Of a stretch of 64,000 nt of DNA, positions 39,974-51,635 are shown piece after piece. The DNA lies in the NCBI GenBank assembly GCA_963782055.1, contig CAWAIF010000002.1, forward strand, positions 1 through 64,000. Direction: 5' to 3'. Below the pieces are notes generated by a model that saw only the letters and a list, made by a program, of their open reading frames with translations, searched no databases and was not told where the DNA came from. Position numbers and translations under genes: made by a program. This DNA comes from an uncultured delta proteobacterium. GTDB taxonomy: Bacteria > Myxococcota_A > Polyangia > Polyangiales > Polyangiaceae. The first letter of the stretch is position 1. Every line of letters starts with the position of its first letter.

Positions 39974-40792
39974 GTGGGGAGATCCGACCTCGTCTTCGCC
40001 CTCACCTGGCAGCGCAACACCGAGCCCGTCGGCGTGCGCGTCACGGAGCTGTTGCGGTGGCTCTCGGCGCGGGTGGGCCGTCGCGTCCAGCCGCGGGTGG
40101 CGCTGAGCTACGAGGAGCTGCTCCCCATGTTCCGGCAGGGCGAGGTGGACGTGGCGTGGCTGCCGCCGGTGGTGCACCTGCGCCTGCGGCGAGAGGGCCT
40201 GGCGCGGACGCTCCTGGTCAACGATCGCCACGACGCGGGCAGCTTCCGGGCGGTGCTGGCGATCCCCCGGCACGCGCACCGGGAGGGTCTCGGTTCATTG
40301 CAGAGTACACGGGTCGCGTGGGTGGACCCGTGGAGCGCCTCCGGCTACGTCCTGCCACGCATGGCGCTCGCCGCGCACGGGGTCGACCCCGCCGCCACCT
40401 TCCTGGAGGAGCGCTTCCTCGGCTCGCACGACGCGGCGCTGCGCGCGGTGGCCGACGGTCGGTTCGACGTGGCGGCCACCTTCGCCATCCGCGACGCCGG
40501 GGGCGGCCTCGTCCGCGCGGGCTGGTCGGGCATCGAGGGCGCGGACTTCGAGATCCTCCACGACGCCGGGGACGTCCCCTCCGACGTGCTCGCGGTGCGA
40601 AGCGACATGCCGCAGGACACCGCCGACGCCCTGGCGCGCCACCTGACGGAGGCGATCGCCGACCCGGAGGGTGGCGCCCTGCTCCGCGAGACACTGCGCG
40701 CCACCCGCTTCACCCGGGAGGAGCCGCGCTACGCCGCGCTGGAGCGCGAGCTGGATGAGGCGGTCCGCCGCGGCCTCTTCCCCTACTTCTGA
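39974..40792 (+). CDS. PhnD/SsuA-type substrate-binding-fold protein
   Basis: AWVDPWSASGYVLPR and GSHDAALRAV..G..DVAA. No signal peptide evident. Confidence 0.85.
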   Translation: MGRSDLVFALTWQRNTEPVGVRVTELLRWLSARVGRRVQPRVALSYEELLPMFRQGEVDVAWLPPVVHLRLRREGLARTLLVNDRHDAGSFRAVLAIPRHAHREGLGSLQSTRVAWVDPWSASGYVLPRMALAAHGVDPAATFLEERFLGSHDAALRAVADGRFDVAATFAIRDAGGGLVRAGWSGIEGADFEILHDAGDVPSDVLAVRSDMPQDTADALARHLTEAIADPEGGALLRETLRATRFTREEPRYAALERELDEAVRRGLFPYF

Positions 40793-42675
40793 CGCCGCGC
40801 GGTCACCCGCTCGCGCGGGGGGGCGCCCAGCAGCGCGAGCGCCTTGCACACCGCCGGGTCCTTGCAGGGGCCGAGGTGGGCGCCGTGCGAGGGCCACACC
40901 ACCTTGCCGGCGCGGGCGAGCCACTGCGCGCCGCGCATGTCCGGCCCGGCGTAGGTCGGGGGCGCGTTGGGCAACGTCGCCTCCCGCTCGTCGCCGATGT
41001 CGTCGCTGTCGGGGAAGGGGAAGTGGATGGCGGGGTGCAGGCCCACACGCTGGACCGCCGAGCCATCGGGGAGCGCGTAGAGCAGGGTGGTGACGCGCAG
41101 CACGCCCGCGTGCACGTCGTCGTCGACGTACTCCTGCGCGCAGCCCTTGCCGTACGTGGAGGTGCCGATGACGCTGCCGCGCCCGTAGACCTGCAGCGCG
41201 CCGGCGATCATCTCGGCGGCGCTCGCCGTGCCCACGTCCACCAGCGCGGCCACCGGGCCGCCGTACTGCCCGGCGGTGTCGGGGTCGGCGGCGCGGTCGG
41301 TCTCCACCGTGCCGTCCCGGCGGCGCATGGGAAACATGGGCGCGCCCGGCAGGAAGATGCCGACGGTGTCCAGCGCGCCATCGGTGGAGCCGCCGCCGTC
41401 GCCGCGCAGGTCCAGCACCACGCCCTCGAGCGGGCCGGCGGCGATCGCGTCCTGCACCGCGCGGGTCACCAGATCGCCGAGGTCGTCGTAGACGTCGTGG
41501 ATCCCGACGAGCGCCACCGTGCCGTCCCCGTACGGGACGCGCTCGACAGGCAGATCGAAGGGCGCTGTCGCGACCGACGCGGAGACCTCCGCCGACGGGT
41601 CCACCACCAGGTGCACGACCGTCGGCGGGTCGCCTCGCGCGACGGTGATCTGGAGGGGCGTCCGCCCCTGCGTCGCGGTGAGGGCGAGCTCGTCCACCTG
41701 CTCCACGGGCAGGCCGCCGAGGCGCATGCCGTCCACGTCCAGCACCACGTCGCCGGTGGCGAGCGGGGGCAGCCCGCCGCCTTCCACGCGGGCCCCGACG
41801 GCGGTGCGCGACGCGCGATCCCACAGCCGCGGCGGCGCGTCCGACTCCAGGTCCACGTCGTAGACGGAGCCCTCTTCGCCGTAGGGCGCCCACTCGCCGT
41901 GGGGGTCGACCAGCTCGACGTACGCGCGGACGGCCGCCGCGAGCACCACCTTGCTCCAGGTCGCGCCGTCGTGGTCGGGGAACAGACGAGTACGCGCGGC
42001 GTCCAGGTACGGCGCCAGCGGCTTGCCGCCGGCGCCCCCCAGCGCGGCGAAGCGCTCGCCCAGATCACGCGCGAGGGCGGGCGAGGCCATGTCGTCGTTG
42101 TCGGCGAGCGCGGCGTCGAGCGCCTCGCGTGGGTCGCGCGTGGAAGGGCGGGCGCGGGCCGCGTCGAACGTCGTCCGGAGCTGAGCCACCCAGCCGGTCA
42201 TCGCCCGGCCGACCTCCACCGCCGCGGTGCAAGGGCCGCCACGCTCCAGCTCGGTGAGGAGCGCGGGGGCGAGGCGGCCGATGGCCCGGGCCACCGGCGA
42301 GTCCTGCGGGGACGCCCAGAGCCCGTGCGGGTCCACCCAGTCGATGACACCCTCGGCCAGGTCGTGGGGCGCGACGGGTGAGGGGTCGTAAGCGAGGAGG
42401 TCGTGGCGGAGCTGGTGGACGACCGTCTGCGCGGCGGAGCACGTCAGCGAGGCGAGCGCGCCGCTCGGGGGCCGCAGGGCGGGGCCGTCGTCGTCGTCGT
42501 CGTCGGTCTGGGCCGTGGCGGGCGCGGGCGCCGAGGCCTCCCGCGACCTGGCGGCGGGCGCGCGGGGAGGAGCCGCGATGATCGCGCGGGGGGAGTGGAG
42601 GACGAGCATCGCCGCCCCGCCGGCGAGCACCGCCGCGGCGACCCACCCGCCAAGCCGCTGCCCTCGCGCTGCCAT
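40783..42675 (-). CDS. S41 (C-terminal processing) peptidase
   Basis: LDLRGDGGG, TASAAEMIAGALQ and TYGKG. Confidence 0.9.
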   Translation of the reverse strand: MAARGQRLGGWVAAAVLAGGAAMLVLHSPRAIIAAPPRAPAARSREASAPAPATAQTDDDDDDGPALRPPSGALASLTCSAAQTVVHQLRHDLLAYDPSPVAPHDLAEGVIDWVDPHGLWASPQDSPVARAIGRLAPALLTELERGGPCTAAVEVGRAMTGWVAQLRTTFDAARARPSTRDPREALDAALADNDDMASPALARDLGERFAALGGAGGKPLAPYLDAARTRLFPDHDGATWSKVVLAAAVRAYVELVDPHGEWAPYGEEGSVYDVDLESDAPPRLWDRASRTAVGARVEGGGLPPLATGDVVLDVDGMRLGGLPVEQVDELALTATQGRTPLQITVARGDPPTVVHLVVDPSAEVSASVATAPFDLPVERVPYGDGTVALVGIHDVYDDLGDLVTRAVQDAIAAGPLEGVVLDLRGDGGGSTDGALDTVGIFLPGAPMFPMRRRDGTVETDRAADPDTAGQYGGPVAALVDVGTASAAEMIAGALQVYGRGSVIGTSTYGKGCAQEYVDDDVHAGVLRVTTLLYALPDGSAVQRVGLHPAIHFPFPDSDDIGDEREATLPNAPPTYAGPDMRGAQWLARAGKVVWPSHGAHLGPCKDPAVCKALALLGAPPRERVTARRQK

Positions 42676-42740
42676 GACGGCGAAGGCTAGCAGGCGCGCC
42701 CGAGCGGACGCACCTTTTCGAGTGCGTCAGCCACGCGCGC

Positions 42741-43553
42741 TCACGCCACCTCGGCGAAGTCGGAGCTGAGCCGCGCGCGCAGCTTGGAGCGGGTGCGCTC
42801 CTCGAGCTGGCGCACGCGCTCCTTGCTCACGCCCATGATGTCCCCGAGCTGTTGCAGGGTGCGCGGCTCGTCCGCCATCAGTCGCTCGCGCACGATGAGC
42901 CGCTCGCGATCGTTGAGGTCGCGCACGGCCTCGCGCACCGCCACGCGGGAGCGCTCGGTCCGCTCGCTGGACTCGGCCTCCTCCTCCGGTGTGGGGCCGG
43001 CGGCGACGAGCCGGTCGATGGCCGGGCCCTGGTCCGACCTGACGGCGTCCAGGCTGGCCTCCCTGCCCGAGAGCAGCGGCAGGAGCATCGTCACGCGCTC
43101 GGGGGAGAGCCCGCTGACCTTCGCCAGCTTCTCCGGGTCGGACTCCTTGGTGGTCCGGTAGGCGCGCAGCGCCCGGCGCTCCGCCTTGGTGGTGCCCAGG
43201 CGCACGACGCGGTACGCGCGCACCACGTACTCGCGGATCTCCGCGCGGATCCAGTAGACCGCGTAGGTCGCCAGGCGCGTGTCGCGGCTGGGGTCGAACT
43301 TCTGCGCCGCGCGCAGCAGCCCGACGTTGCCCTGCTGGATGATGTCCTCCAGCGGCACGCCCCAGCGGCGGTACTCCAGCGCGACGGCCACGACGAAGGG
43401 CAGGCACGCGTGCACCAGCTTCTCTCCGGCAGCGCGATCGCCCTCACGATAGAGGAGGGCGAGCTCGTGCTCCGTCTCCCTGGACAGGGGCGAGAAGCTC
43501 GAGAGACTGTCGCGATACGCCCGTAGCGAGGCGGCGTCGAAGACGGAGCCCAT
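42741..43553 (-). CDS. Sigma-70 family factor, RpoH/sigma32-like
   Basis: DIIQQGNVGLLRAAQKFDP, LATYAVYWIRAEI, VRLGTTKAER and TLQQLG..GVSKERVRQLE. AAGGAGG precedes ATG 43553. Confidence 0.92.
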   Translation of the reverse strand: MGSVFDAASLRAYRDSLSSFSPLSRETEHELALLYREGDRAAGEKLVHACLPFVVAVALEYRRWGVPLEDIIQQGNVGLLRAAQKFDPSRDTRLATYAVYWIRAEIREYVVRAYRVVRLGTTKAERRALRAYRTTKESDPEKLAKVSGLSPERVTMLLPLLSGREASLDAVRSDQGPAIDRLVAAGPTPEEEAESSERTERSRVAVREAVRDLNDRERLIVRERLMADEPRTLQQLGDIMGVSKERVRQLEERTRSKLRARLSSDFAEVA

Positions 43554-43771
43554 TCGGTCCTCCTTGGGAGCGCGGGTCACATTCCCACGCGTCAACGTGT
43601 CCGATGCATCCGCGGTACCAACGGTGGCGAGCCCCTCTCGACTCGCGAATTCTGCGGAGTTTCTGCACCAGCGCCCGCGCGCAAGTGGCGCGCATCGCGC
43701 AAATGGCGGCGCTGTTGCGCGGGAGGGCGCACGCATTTCGCGATCGGGCAGCCGGCCCCGGCGGGGGGGCG

Positions 43772-44611
43772 TCACACCTCGAGCGTGAGTCCCTCGTACG
43801 CGGCGACGCAGTCGGGGAAGATCGCCCGGGCCCGGCGTTCCTTGTCGCGCACTGCCTCGTCCCCCTGGGCGGGATCGTGGTGGAAGAGCACGAGCTTCTT
43901 CACGCCGGCCGCCTTGGCGAGCTTCACGCCCTCCTCGTAGGTGCTGTGGCCCCAGCCGCACTTGGGCATGGCCTTCGCGGCGCCCGCGTACTCCTCCGGC
44001 GTGTACTGCGCGTCGTAGATGAGCAGGTCGGCGTTCTTGGAGATGCCCGCCAGCTTCGGGTCGACGATGGCGTAGTGCTCGGTGTCGGTCGCGTAGACGG
44101 CGGCGTGGCCGCGATGCTCGATGCGGTAGACCCACACGCCGTTGGGGTGGTTGCCGCGCGTGGTGGTGACCAGCACGTTGCCGCCCTCGCCATCGTCCAG
44201 CTCCAGCTTCTGACCCTCGTACATGTCCATGAAGGTCATCTTGCCGGCCATCTGGCTCAGGTGGACGGGGAAGCTCGGGTAGTCCATCTGTCCGGCGAGT
44301 GTCTCCTCGAGGGTGCGCGAGACGTTGTTGCCGCCGTACAGGTGGATGGTGTTGCCCGGGATGAAGGCGGGGCCGAAGAAGGGGAAGCCCTGGATGTGAT
44401 CCCAGTGGACGTGGCTGAAGAAGATGTGGGCGGTGAGGGGCATCTCCTGGAGGAGCTTCTGGCCCAGCAGGCGCAGACCTGTCCCACCATCGAAGACGAC
44501 GATGGCCTTGCCGGCGCGCACCTCGACGCAGCTGGTGTTGCCGCCAATCTCGGCGGTCTGCGGGCCGGGTGTGGGGATGCTGCCGCGAACGCCCCAGAAC
44601 GTGATCCGCAT
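43772..44611 (-). CDS. MBL-fold metallo-hydrolase
   Basis: FWGVRGSIP, GGNTSC, SHVHWDHIQG, WGHS and FHHDP. Confidence 0.93.
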   Translation of the reverse strand: MRITFWGVRGSIPTPGPQTAEIGGNTSCVEVRAGKAIVVFDGGTGLRLLGQKLLQEMPLTAHIFFSHVHWDHIQGFPFFGPAFIPGNTIHLYGGNNVSRTLEETLAGQMDYPSFPVHLSQMAGKMTFMDMYEGQKLELDDGEGGNVLVTTTRGNHPNGVWVYRIEHRGHAAVYATDTEHYAIVDPKLAGISKNADLLIYDAQYTPEEYAGAAKAMPKCGWGHSTYEEGVKLAKAAGVKKLVLFHHDPAQGDEAVRDKERRARAIFPDCVAAYEGLTLEV

Positions 44612-44690
44612 CGGAAGAGCTCCATGGCCCCGCGGTCGCGCACGGCCATCGATTGTGATAGGCCCCGGGCAGAAGGGGTGTCCAGAGATT

Positions 44691-45164
44691 TTGAACGTGC
44701 CGCTCCCCCTCGTCGTCTTGGGCTGCGCCGTTCCGCCTTCGGGGCTGACGGGCGCCGCGGCACGCCGGGTGGCGGAGGCGGCCTCGGCCTACCACCAGGA
44801 CCCGCGGCGGCTCGTCGTCGTCAGCGGGGGGAGGGTCTGGCACGAGCGGGTGGAGGCCGACGCGATGGCGGAGGCCCTCGTGGCGGCCGGCGTCCTGGCG
44901 TCCCGCATTCTGCGGGAGCGCTGCTCCTTCTCCACGCGGGAGAACGCGCGGTACTCGGCGCGCCTGCTCGCGCGGCGTGACCATCGCGCGGTGGAGCTCG
45001 TCACCTGCACGTGGCACATGGCGAGGGCCGCAGCCCTCTTCCGGCGAGAAGGCCTGGAGGTGACCGAGCGCGGCGCTCACGCCCCCACGAGGAGCGTGTG
45101 GGAGAGCCTCTACCGGCGGGCGCGGGAGGGCGTCGCCGCGCGGCTGAACGGGGTGGGCTCGTGA
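44691..45164 (+). CDS. YdcF/DUF218 family protein (start uncertain)
   Basis: VVLGC, VSGG, EADAM, STRENA and VTCTWHMARA. Confidence 0.85.
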   Translation: MNVPLPLVVLGCAVPPSGLTGAAARRVAEAASAYHQDPRRLVVVSGGRVWHERVEADAMAEALVAAGVLASRILRERCSFSTRENARYSARLLARRDHRAVELVTCTWHMARAAALFRREGLEVTERGAHAPTRSVWESLYRRAREGVAARLNGVGS

Positions 45165-47347
45165 GGCTGCGACGTCTGGCGTGGGCGGTCGGTCTCGCCA
45201 CGCTCCTCGGCGCCTGCGGGGCGTGCGGCAAGGAGCCGCCCGGCACGACGGCGGCCGACGCAGGCGTGCCGGACGACGCCGCGGTCGCCGCGCAGATCCA
45301 GGCGGTGGAGCGGGCGGAGGACATGCGCCGCTCGGGCGACGTGAGCGCGGAGGCGCGCACCAGCCATGACGTGCGCATCCGGAGGCGCGCGGCACGGGCC
45401 CTGGCGCGCATCGCCGACGACGCCAGCTTGCCCGGCCTGCTCCGCGCGCTGGATGACGAGGACCCGGCGACGGTGGCGTGGGGCGCCTACGGCCTCGGCT
45501 TCGCGTGCAAGGGTCACGAGGACGCCCACGCGCGGGCCCTGGTGGCGCGCGCGGCGTCGCTCGAGGCAGACGCGCCGGGCGAGGCGGGTGTCGTGGACGC
45601 GCGCTGGGCGCTGGCCCGGGCGGTCGGCAAGTGCGGCGGTCCGCTGGCGGAGAGCACGCTCGCCGCGTGGGTGCGCGCGCGCGGCACGTGGGCGGAGCCG
45701 GCGGCGTACGCGCTGGGGGACGTGGCGGGCAAGCGCGGCACGCTGGACGACGACACCGTCACCGCGCTGCTCGACGCGGCGGGCGACGGCATGCGCGCGG
45801 CGCTCTACCCCTTCGCCCGGGTCGCGCGACTCAACGACGCCTTCGCCGACCGCCTCCTGCTGACCGCGAAGAAGGCGCTGGGCGGTCCGCCGGGGGAAGA
45901 TCGCGTCTTCGCGGTGCGCGCGCTCTCCCGCGCGGGGGACGCGGCGGCGCCGGAGCTCGCGCGGGTGGCGCAGGACAAGGCCTTCGACCCGGCGGAGCGC
46001 ACCGAGGCGGCGCGCGCGCTCGCGCGGCTGGGTGACGCCGGGCACGCCGCGGCGGCGGGGGCGCTGGCGCGCCTGCTGCCGGACAGGGACCCCTTCGCCA
46101 TCATGGCGATGACGGGCGACGTCTACTCGGTGTTCCTCGGTCTCGTCGGCTCGGTGGGTGACCTGCCGCCGAAGAGCGCGACGCCGGCGCTCCAGTCGCT
46201 CTCCGCGCTGCGCGCGCCGGGCACCGCGCCGGCCCCGCTGGAGCGGCGCCTGGGCGAGCTGCGCTGCGAGGCGGCCTCCCTGCTCGCGCAGGGCTCCTAC
46301 GACGCCGAGGTGCTGCGCAAGTGCGCCGCCGCCGGTACGCCCGCCTTCGAGCGGGCGCGGCTCGCATCGGTGCTGCGCCGTCCGCTCGTCGGGGCGCGCC
46401 GCAAGGCGTGGCGCGCGCTCACCGGCTCGGCCCACCTGCGCGTGCGGGAGGACGCCATCGCCGCCATCGCCCGGCACCCCGAGCTGCGCGATGCTGCGGT
46501 CGCCCCGCTGGCCGCGGCCCTGACCGACGCGCACCCGGGCGTCGTCGCCGTCGCGTCGGACGTGGTCTTCGCCCACCCCGACCGGGTGATGGTGCTGTCG
46601 GAGAAGGAGAAGCGCAACGCGCTCGACCCGCGCGCGCCGCCGCCCACGGCCAACCCGGAGATGGAGCTGGCGCCCGCGGTGGCGAAGGCGCTCGCCGGAG
46701 CGCTCGCGCACCCGTGGACGGAGGACCTGGTGGAGACGCGCGTGGGGGTGCTGGACGCGGCGACCGCCGTCCACGCGAAGGGCGCCAAGGCCGCGGCGCT
46801 CGCCGCGTGCAAGGACCCCAACGTGACGGTGCGCGACCACGCGCAGAAGGCGCTGCGCGCGCTGGGGGAGAAGGACCCGAAGTGTCCGGCGCCGGCGACG
46901 ATGCCCCTCGCGCCGGAGGCGGCGGCGCCCCACGGCGGCAAGATCACCCTGATCACCGACGCCGGGACGCTGGGCATCACCCTCGACCCCGACCTCGCGC
47001 CGGTCACCTCCACGCGGTTGCTGTCGCTCGCCAAGGCGGGCTTCTACAAGGGCATCGTGGTGCACCGCGTGGTGCCTGGCTTCGTCGTGCAGCTCGGCGA
47101 TCCCGCCGGCGACGGCTACGGCGGCTCGGGCAAGCTGCTGCGCTGCGAGACCTCGCCGGTGCCCTTCGGCCCGCTGGACGTGGGCGTCGCGCTCGCCGGT
47201 CGCGACACCGGCTCCAGCCAGATCTTCGTCGCGCTGGCGCGCTTCCCTCACCTGGACGGCGACTACGCCCGCGTCGGCCACGCCGAGGGCGACTGGTGGG
47301 CCGTCGCCGAGGGCGACGTGATCCAGCAGGTGCGCGTCACCGAGTGA
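45161..47347 (+). CDS. HEAT-repeat lipoprotein with C-terminal cyclophilin-type peptidyl-prolyl isomerase
   Basis: LGAC lipobox, HEAT-like repeats, GFYKG..HRVVPGFVVQ.GDP.GDG.GG and GRDTGSSQIF. Confidence 0.9.
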   Translation: MRLRRLAWAVGLATLLGACGACGKEPPGTTAADAGVPDDAAVAAQIQAVERAEDMRRSGDVSAEARTSHDVRIRRRAARALARIADDASLPGLLRALDDEDPATVAWGAYGLGFACKGHEDAHARALVARAASLEADAPGEAGVVDARWALARAVGKCGGPLAESTLAAWVRARGTWAEPAAYALGDVAGKRGTLDDDTVTALLDAAGDGMRAALYPFARVARLNDAFADRLLLTAKKALGGPPGEDRVFAVRALSRAGDAAAPELARVAQDKAFDPAERTEAARALARLGDAGHAAAAGALARLLPDRDPFAIMAMTGDVYSVFLGLVGSVGDLPPKSATPALQSLSALRAPGTAPAPLERRLGELRCEAASLLAQGSYDAEVLRKCAAAGTPAFERARLASVLRRPLVGARRKAWRALTGSAHLRVREDAIAAIARHPELRDAAVAPLAAALTDAHPGVVAVASDVVFAHPDRVMVLSEKEKRNALDPRAPPPTANPEMELAPAVAKALAGALAHPWTEDLVETRVGVLDAATAVHAKGAKAAALAACKDPNVTVRDHAQKALRALGEKDPKCPAPATMPLAPEAAAPHGGKITLITDAGTLGITLDPDLAPVTSTRLLSLAKAGFYKGIVVHRVVPGFVVQLGDPAGDGYGGSGKLLRCETSPVPFGPLDVGVALAGRDTGSSQIFVALARFPHLDGDYARVGHAEGDWWAVAEGDVIQQVRVTE

Positions 47348-47397
47348 TCACCCCGGGGTCCTCGGGGCGCGCGGCGTGGTAGATCTCGGCCAGCGCC

Positions 47398-48164
<767 letters not shown>

Positions 48165-48168
<4 letters not shown>

Positions 48169-49292
48169 CCGGCGTGGGGCGCTCCTTCGGCGTGGCGCGG
48201 GCGCTCGTCCTGCCTGGCGTGGCGCTGGTGCTGGCCGTGGTCGCTGGGCTGCTGGTCGGCTCGACGCCCATCGACGTGTCGCGGGCGCTCGGCGACGCGG
48301 CGTCGACGGACCGCGCCATCCTCGTCGGGCTGCGCCTGCCGCGGGTGCTGCTCGGCGTGGTGGCCGGCGGCGGCCTCGCCGCGGTGGGCGTCGCCTTCCA
48401 GGCGGTGCTGCGCAACCCGCTCGCCGAGCCGTACGTGCTGGGGGTTTCCGGCGGCGCGGCGCTGGGCGCGACGATCGCCATCATGCTCGGCCTGGGCGCC
48501 GCGACCGTGCTGGGCGCGCCGCTCCTGCCGCTCGCCGCCCTGGTGTCCGGCCTCGCCGCGACGGCGATCGTCTACGGCCTGGCGCGCGCCTCCGGCGGGA
48601 CGAGCGGCACGAGCATCCTGCTCGCCGGCGTGGTGGTCAACGCCATCGCCTCCGCGGGGATCACCTTCCTCAAGACGGTGGTGAGCCAGCGCGTGGCGCA
48701 GGAGGTGCTCTTCTGGCTGGTGGGCTTCCTGGACACGCCGAGCACCATCACCCTGGCGTTCGTGACCGGCTACGTCGTGATCGGGAGCGGGATGCTGCTG
48801 CGTGACGCCGGGCGGCTCAACCTGCTGGCGCTCGGGGAGGACGGGGCGCAGCACCTGGGCGTGGACGTGCGCCGGCTGGAGCTGCGCACCTTCTTCGCGT
48901 GCTCGCTCGTCGTCGCGGCGATCGTCAGCGTGACGGGCCTCATCGGCTTCATCGGCCTCATCGTGCCGCACGCGCTGCGGCGCCTCTACGGCCCGGACGT
49001 GCGGCGCCTGCTCCCCGCGTCGCTGGTGGGCGGCGGCGCGGTGCTCGTCGTCTGCGACACCGCGAGCCGCGCCCTGTTCCACTGGCTACACACCGAGCCT
49101 CCGGTGGGCGCCGTCACCGCCCTCATCGGCGGCCCCATCTTCCTGCTCATGCTGGGCCGCAAGAATCCGCTGATGGTTGAGGATCCCCGCGCCGTTCTGC
49201 GGTTGCGAGGCGGGGTCAGGCCTTCGGCTGAGCGGCGGGCTGCTGCTGCATCTGCGCGATGGCGCGGGAGCGCTCGATGGCGAACTGCTTGA
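48165..49292 (+). CDS. FecCD/BtuC-family ABC transporter permease
   Basis: [37 protein letters not shown] and [12 protein letters not shown]. Confidence 0.92.
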
Positions 49293-50337
49293 CCTCGCGC
49301 GAGGGGGAGGTGGCGAGCTTGTTGAGCAGCGCCTTGACCTTGTCCATGTCGCGCGACTGGAAGAGCGCCTCGAAGTAGTTGTGCGCCAGGCGCACGTCGC
49401 GCTGCATCTTCGCCTCGTGGGGGGCGAGCATCTTGACGACCTCGTCCAGCTTGCCGGCCTGGCCGTAGAGGGCGGAGAGGCAGAGCAGCGCGAGGGGATC
49501 CTCCGGCGCGCGCTCCACCGCCTTCTTGGCGAAGCCGATGGCCTTGTCGCGCGTCTTCTCTTCGGAGGCGTAGAAGCCCTGCAGCGCGATGTACGGCGCC
49601 GCGGTCTTGGCGTTGACGGGGGCGTTGGCGAGCTCCTCCACCGCCTTGACGGCCTTGTCCTCGCCGTCCTGCTCGCGCAGCACGTTGGTGAGGTAGGCCC
49701 ACGCGTCCACCGAGTTGGGCGCGATGGAGATGGCGCGGTCGACGGACTCTCGCTCCGCCTTCTTGTCCTTCTTGCCGGCGGCGACCTTCGCCAGGTGCAG
49801 GGAGGGGAAGGGGTTGTCCTTCATCAGGTTCTGCGCGCCCTTGAGGGTGGCCTCCGCCTTGTCCCACTTCTCCTGGTTGAGCTGCGCGACGCCCAGGCCG
49901 AGCCAGTCGTCGCCATCACCGCCGAGCGCGACAATCTTGGAGAGCACCTTCTCGGCCTTCTCGTTGCGGCCGTACTTCATCAGCTCCTGGGCGAAGATGC
50001 GGCCGCGCATCAGGTCGTCCTGGTTCTCGGTCCAGTGCTTCTCCAGACCGCCGAGCAGGTCCTCCAGGCCGATGGCGATGGGGCGGCCCTGATCGTCCTG
50101 CACCTGCACCGCCGGGCCGTTGAAGCCGAGGAGCTTCCAGACCTCGTCGAGGGAGAGGGCGACCGGGCCGTCGACCACCTTCTTCTCCACCGGCGCCCCG
50201 TTGGGGCCGAGGGGGATGAGGACGAGGGCGTTGGACGGCACGCCGTTGGGGAATGCGGTGATGGGGGCGAGGATGGCCGCGCCGCCGCTCAGGGTGATGC
50301 CGGCGTTGGCCTGCTGGGGTGCATTGGGCTGGCTCAT
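49216..50337 (-). CDS. Tetratricopeptide-repeat protein
   Basis: TPR-like repeats (WLGLGVAQL..WDKAE; LSALYGQAGKLDE) and strong codon bias. Confidence 0.88.
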   Translation of the reverse strand: MSQPNAPQQANAGITLSGGAAILAPITAFPNGVPSNALVLIPLGPNGAPVEKKVVDGPVALSLDEVWKLLGFNGPAVQVQDDQGRPIAIGLEDLLGGLEKHWTENQDDLMRGRIFAQELMKYGRNEKAEKVLSKIVALGGDGDDWLGLGVAQLNQEKWDKAEATLKGAQNLMKDNPFPSLHLAKVAAGKKDKKAERESVDRAISIAPNSVDAWAYLTNVLREQDGEDKAVKAVEELANAPVNAKTAAPYIALQGFYASEEKTRDKAIGFAKKAVERAPEDPLALLCLSALYGQAGKLDEVVKMLAPHEAKMQRDVRLAHNYFEALFQSRDMDKVKALLNKLATSPSREVKQFAIERSRAIAQMQQQPAAQPKA

Positions 50338-50487
50338 GGCGAGGTGCGGACCCTAGCACAAGCCTCGAGCCGAAGCCGAGGGGCGGCGGGGCTCCTGCCC
50401 GGAGCCGGGGTCGGGGACTGAATCGGCGCGGCAGGCGGCCGTATGGGCTGACAAGGACGCCACGACACCCTGCCGGACAGGTCTCTC

Positions 50488-51582
50488 ATGGGCGAAAGAG
50501 TCGCACACCACGGACGCTGGATCGCTGAAGCGAGCGGCACCCACCACGCCCGGCCCAGGCCCTTTGCCATGCTCGACGCCCTCCCCGACGCCCTCGTCCT
50601 GGTGGACTCGGAGGGGACCATCACCGACGTCAAGCCTGCCCAGGAGGTGCCCCTGCCCCCGCCAGAGGAGCTGATCGGGCAGCACGCGAAGGTGGTGGTG
50701 CCCGTGGACCGCCTGGAGGAGCGGCTGCAGGCGGTGCTGGAGACCGGACGCCCCCAGGCCTTCGACTACGAGGTGCCCGTCAGCGGGCGGCCCCGCGCGC
50801 GCGAGGTCCGGATGAAGCGCCTGGGTGAGGACCAGGTGCTGCTGGTGCTCCGCGACACGACCGAGCAGCGCCGCGTCACCCTCCGCGAGCTTCTCACCGA
50901 GCGCATGGCGTCCCTCGGAGCGCTGTCGGCGGGCGTGGCGCACGAGATCAACAACCCCCTCGCCTTCCTGCTCGCCAACCTGGAGTACGCGGAGGACGAG
51001 CTGGACGGCACCGCCGCCCCGGAGGTCCGCGCGGCCCTCGCCGCCGCCCGGCAGGGCGCGGAGCGGATGCGGACGATCAGCGGGTGCCTGCGCATCTTCG
51101 CGCGGCAGGAGGACGACGACGTCGAGCAGACCTGCGACGCCGCCCACGCGGTGGGGCTCGCCCTGGAGGCCTGCGCTCCGGACGTGGCGGGCCGGGCGCA
51201 GCTCACCCACGAGGACCGTGGCGCTCCGCCTGTCCGGATCCACGAGGCGCGTCTGGCGCAGGTGGTGATCAACCTGATCGTCAACGCCGCGCAGTCCTTC
51301 GACCCGGCGCAGGCCCTGCGCAACGAGATCCGGGTCCGCACCGGCTCCGCGGAGGGACGCGCCGTCATCGAGGTGGCCGACAACGGGCCGGGGATCCCCG
51401 CCGCCATTCGCGGTCGGGTGTTCGACCCCTTCTTCACGACCAAGCCGCCGGCCGGCCGCGGGCTGGGCCTCGCCGTCTGCGAGGGCATCGTGCGGGCGGC
51501 GGGCGGCGAGCTGGAGGTGGAGAGCCTCGCCGGGCTGGGTACGGTCTTCCGTGTCGTGCTGCCCGGCGCAAACCCGCCGTGA
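50488..51582 (+). CDS. PAS-domain histidine kinase (start uncertain)
   Basis: LDALPDALVLVD, AHEINNPL, NLIVNAAQ, DNGPGI, FDPFFTTK and GLGL. Confidence 0.92.
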   Translation: MGERVAHHGRWIAEASGTHHARPRPFAMLDALPDALVLVDSEGTITDVKPAQEVPLPPPEELIGQHAKVVVPVDRLEERLQAVLETGRPQAFDYEVPVSGRPRAREVRMKRLGEDQVLLVLRDTTEQRRVTLRELLTERMASLGALSAGVAHEINNPLAFLLANLEYAEDELDGTAAPEVRAALAAARQGAERMRTISGCLRIFARQEDDDVEQTCDAAHAVGLALEACAPDVAGRAQLTHEDRGAPPVRIHEARLAQVVINLIVNAAQSFDPAQALRNEIRVRTGSAEGRAVIEVADNGPGIPAAIRGRVFDPFFTTKPPAGRGLGLAVCEGIVRAAGGELEVESLAGLGTVFRVVLPGANPP

Positions 51583-51635
51583 GGTATTTGCCGCCCAGGG
51601 GAGATTTCGCCCACACCCCATGGTAAGGGCCCCGG

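Noticed and set aside
42741..45395. 884-aa sigma factor with a long N-terminal extension
   Set aside because: The extension overlaps the MBL hydrolase and YdcF genes. A good RBS and ATG are at 43553.
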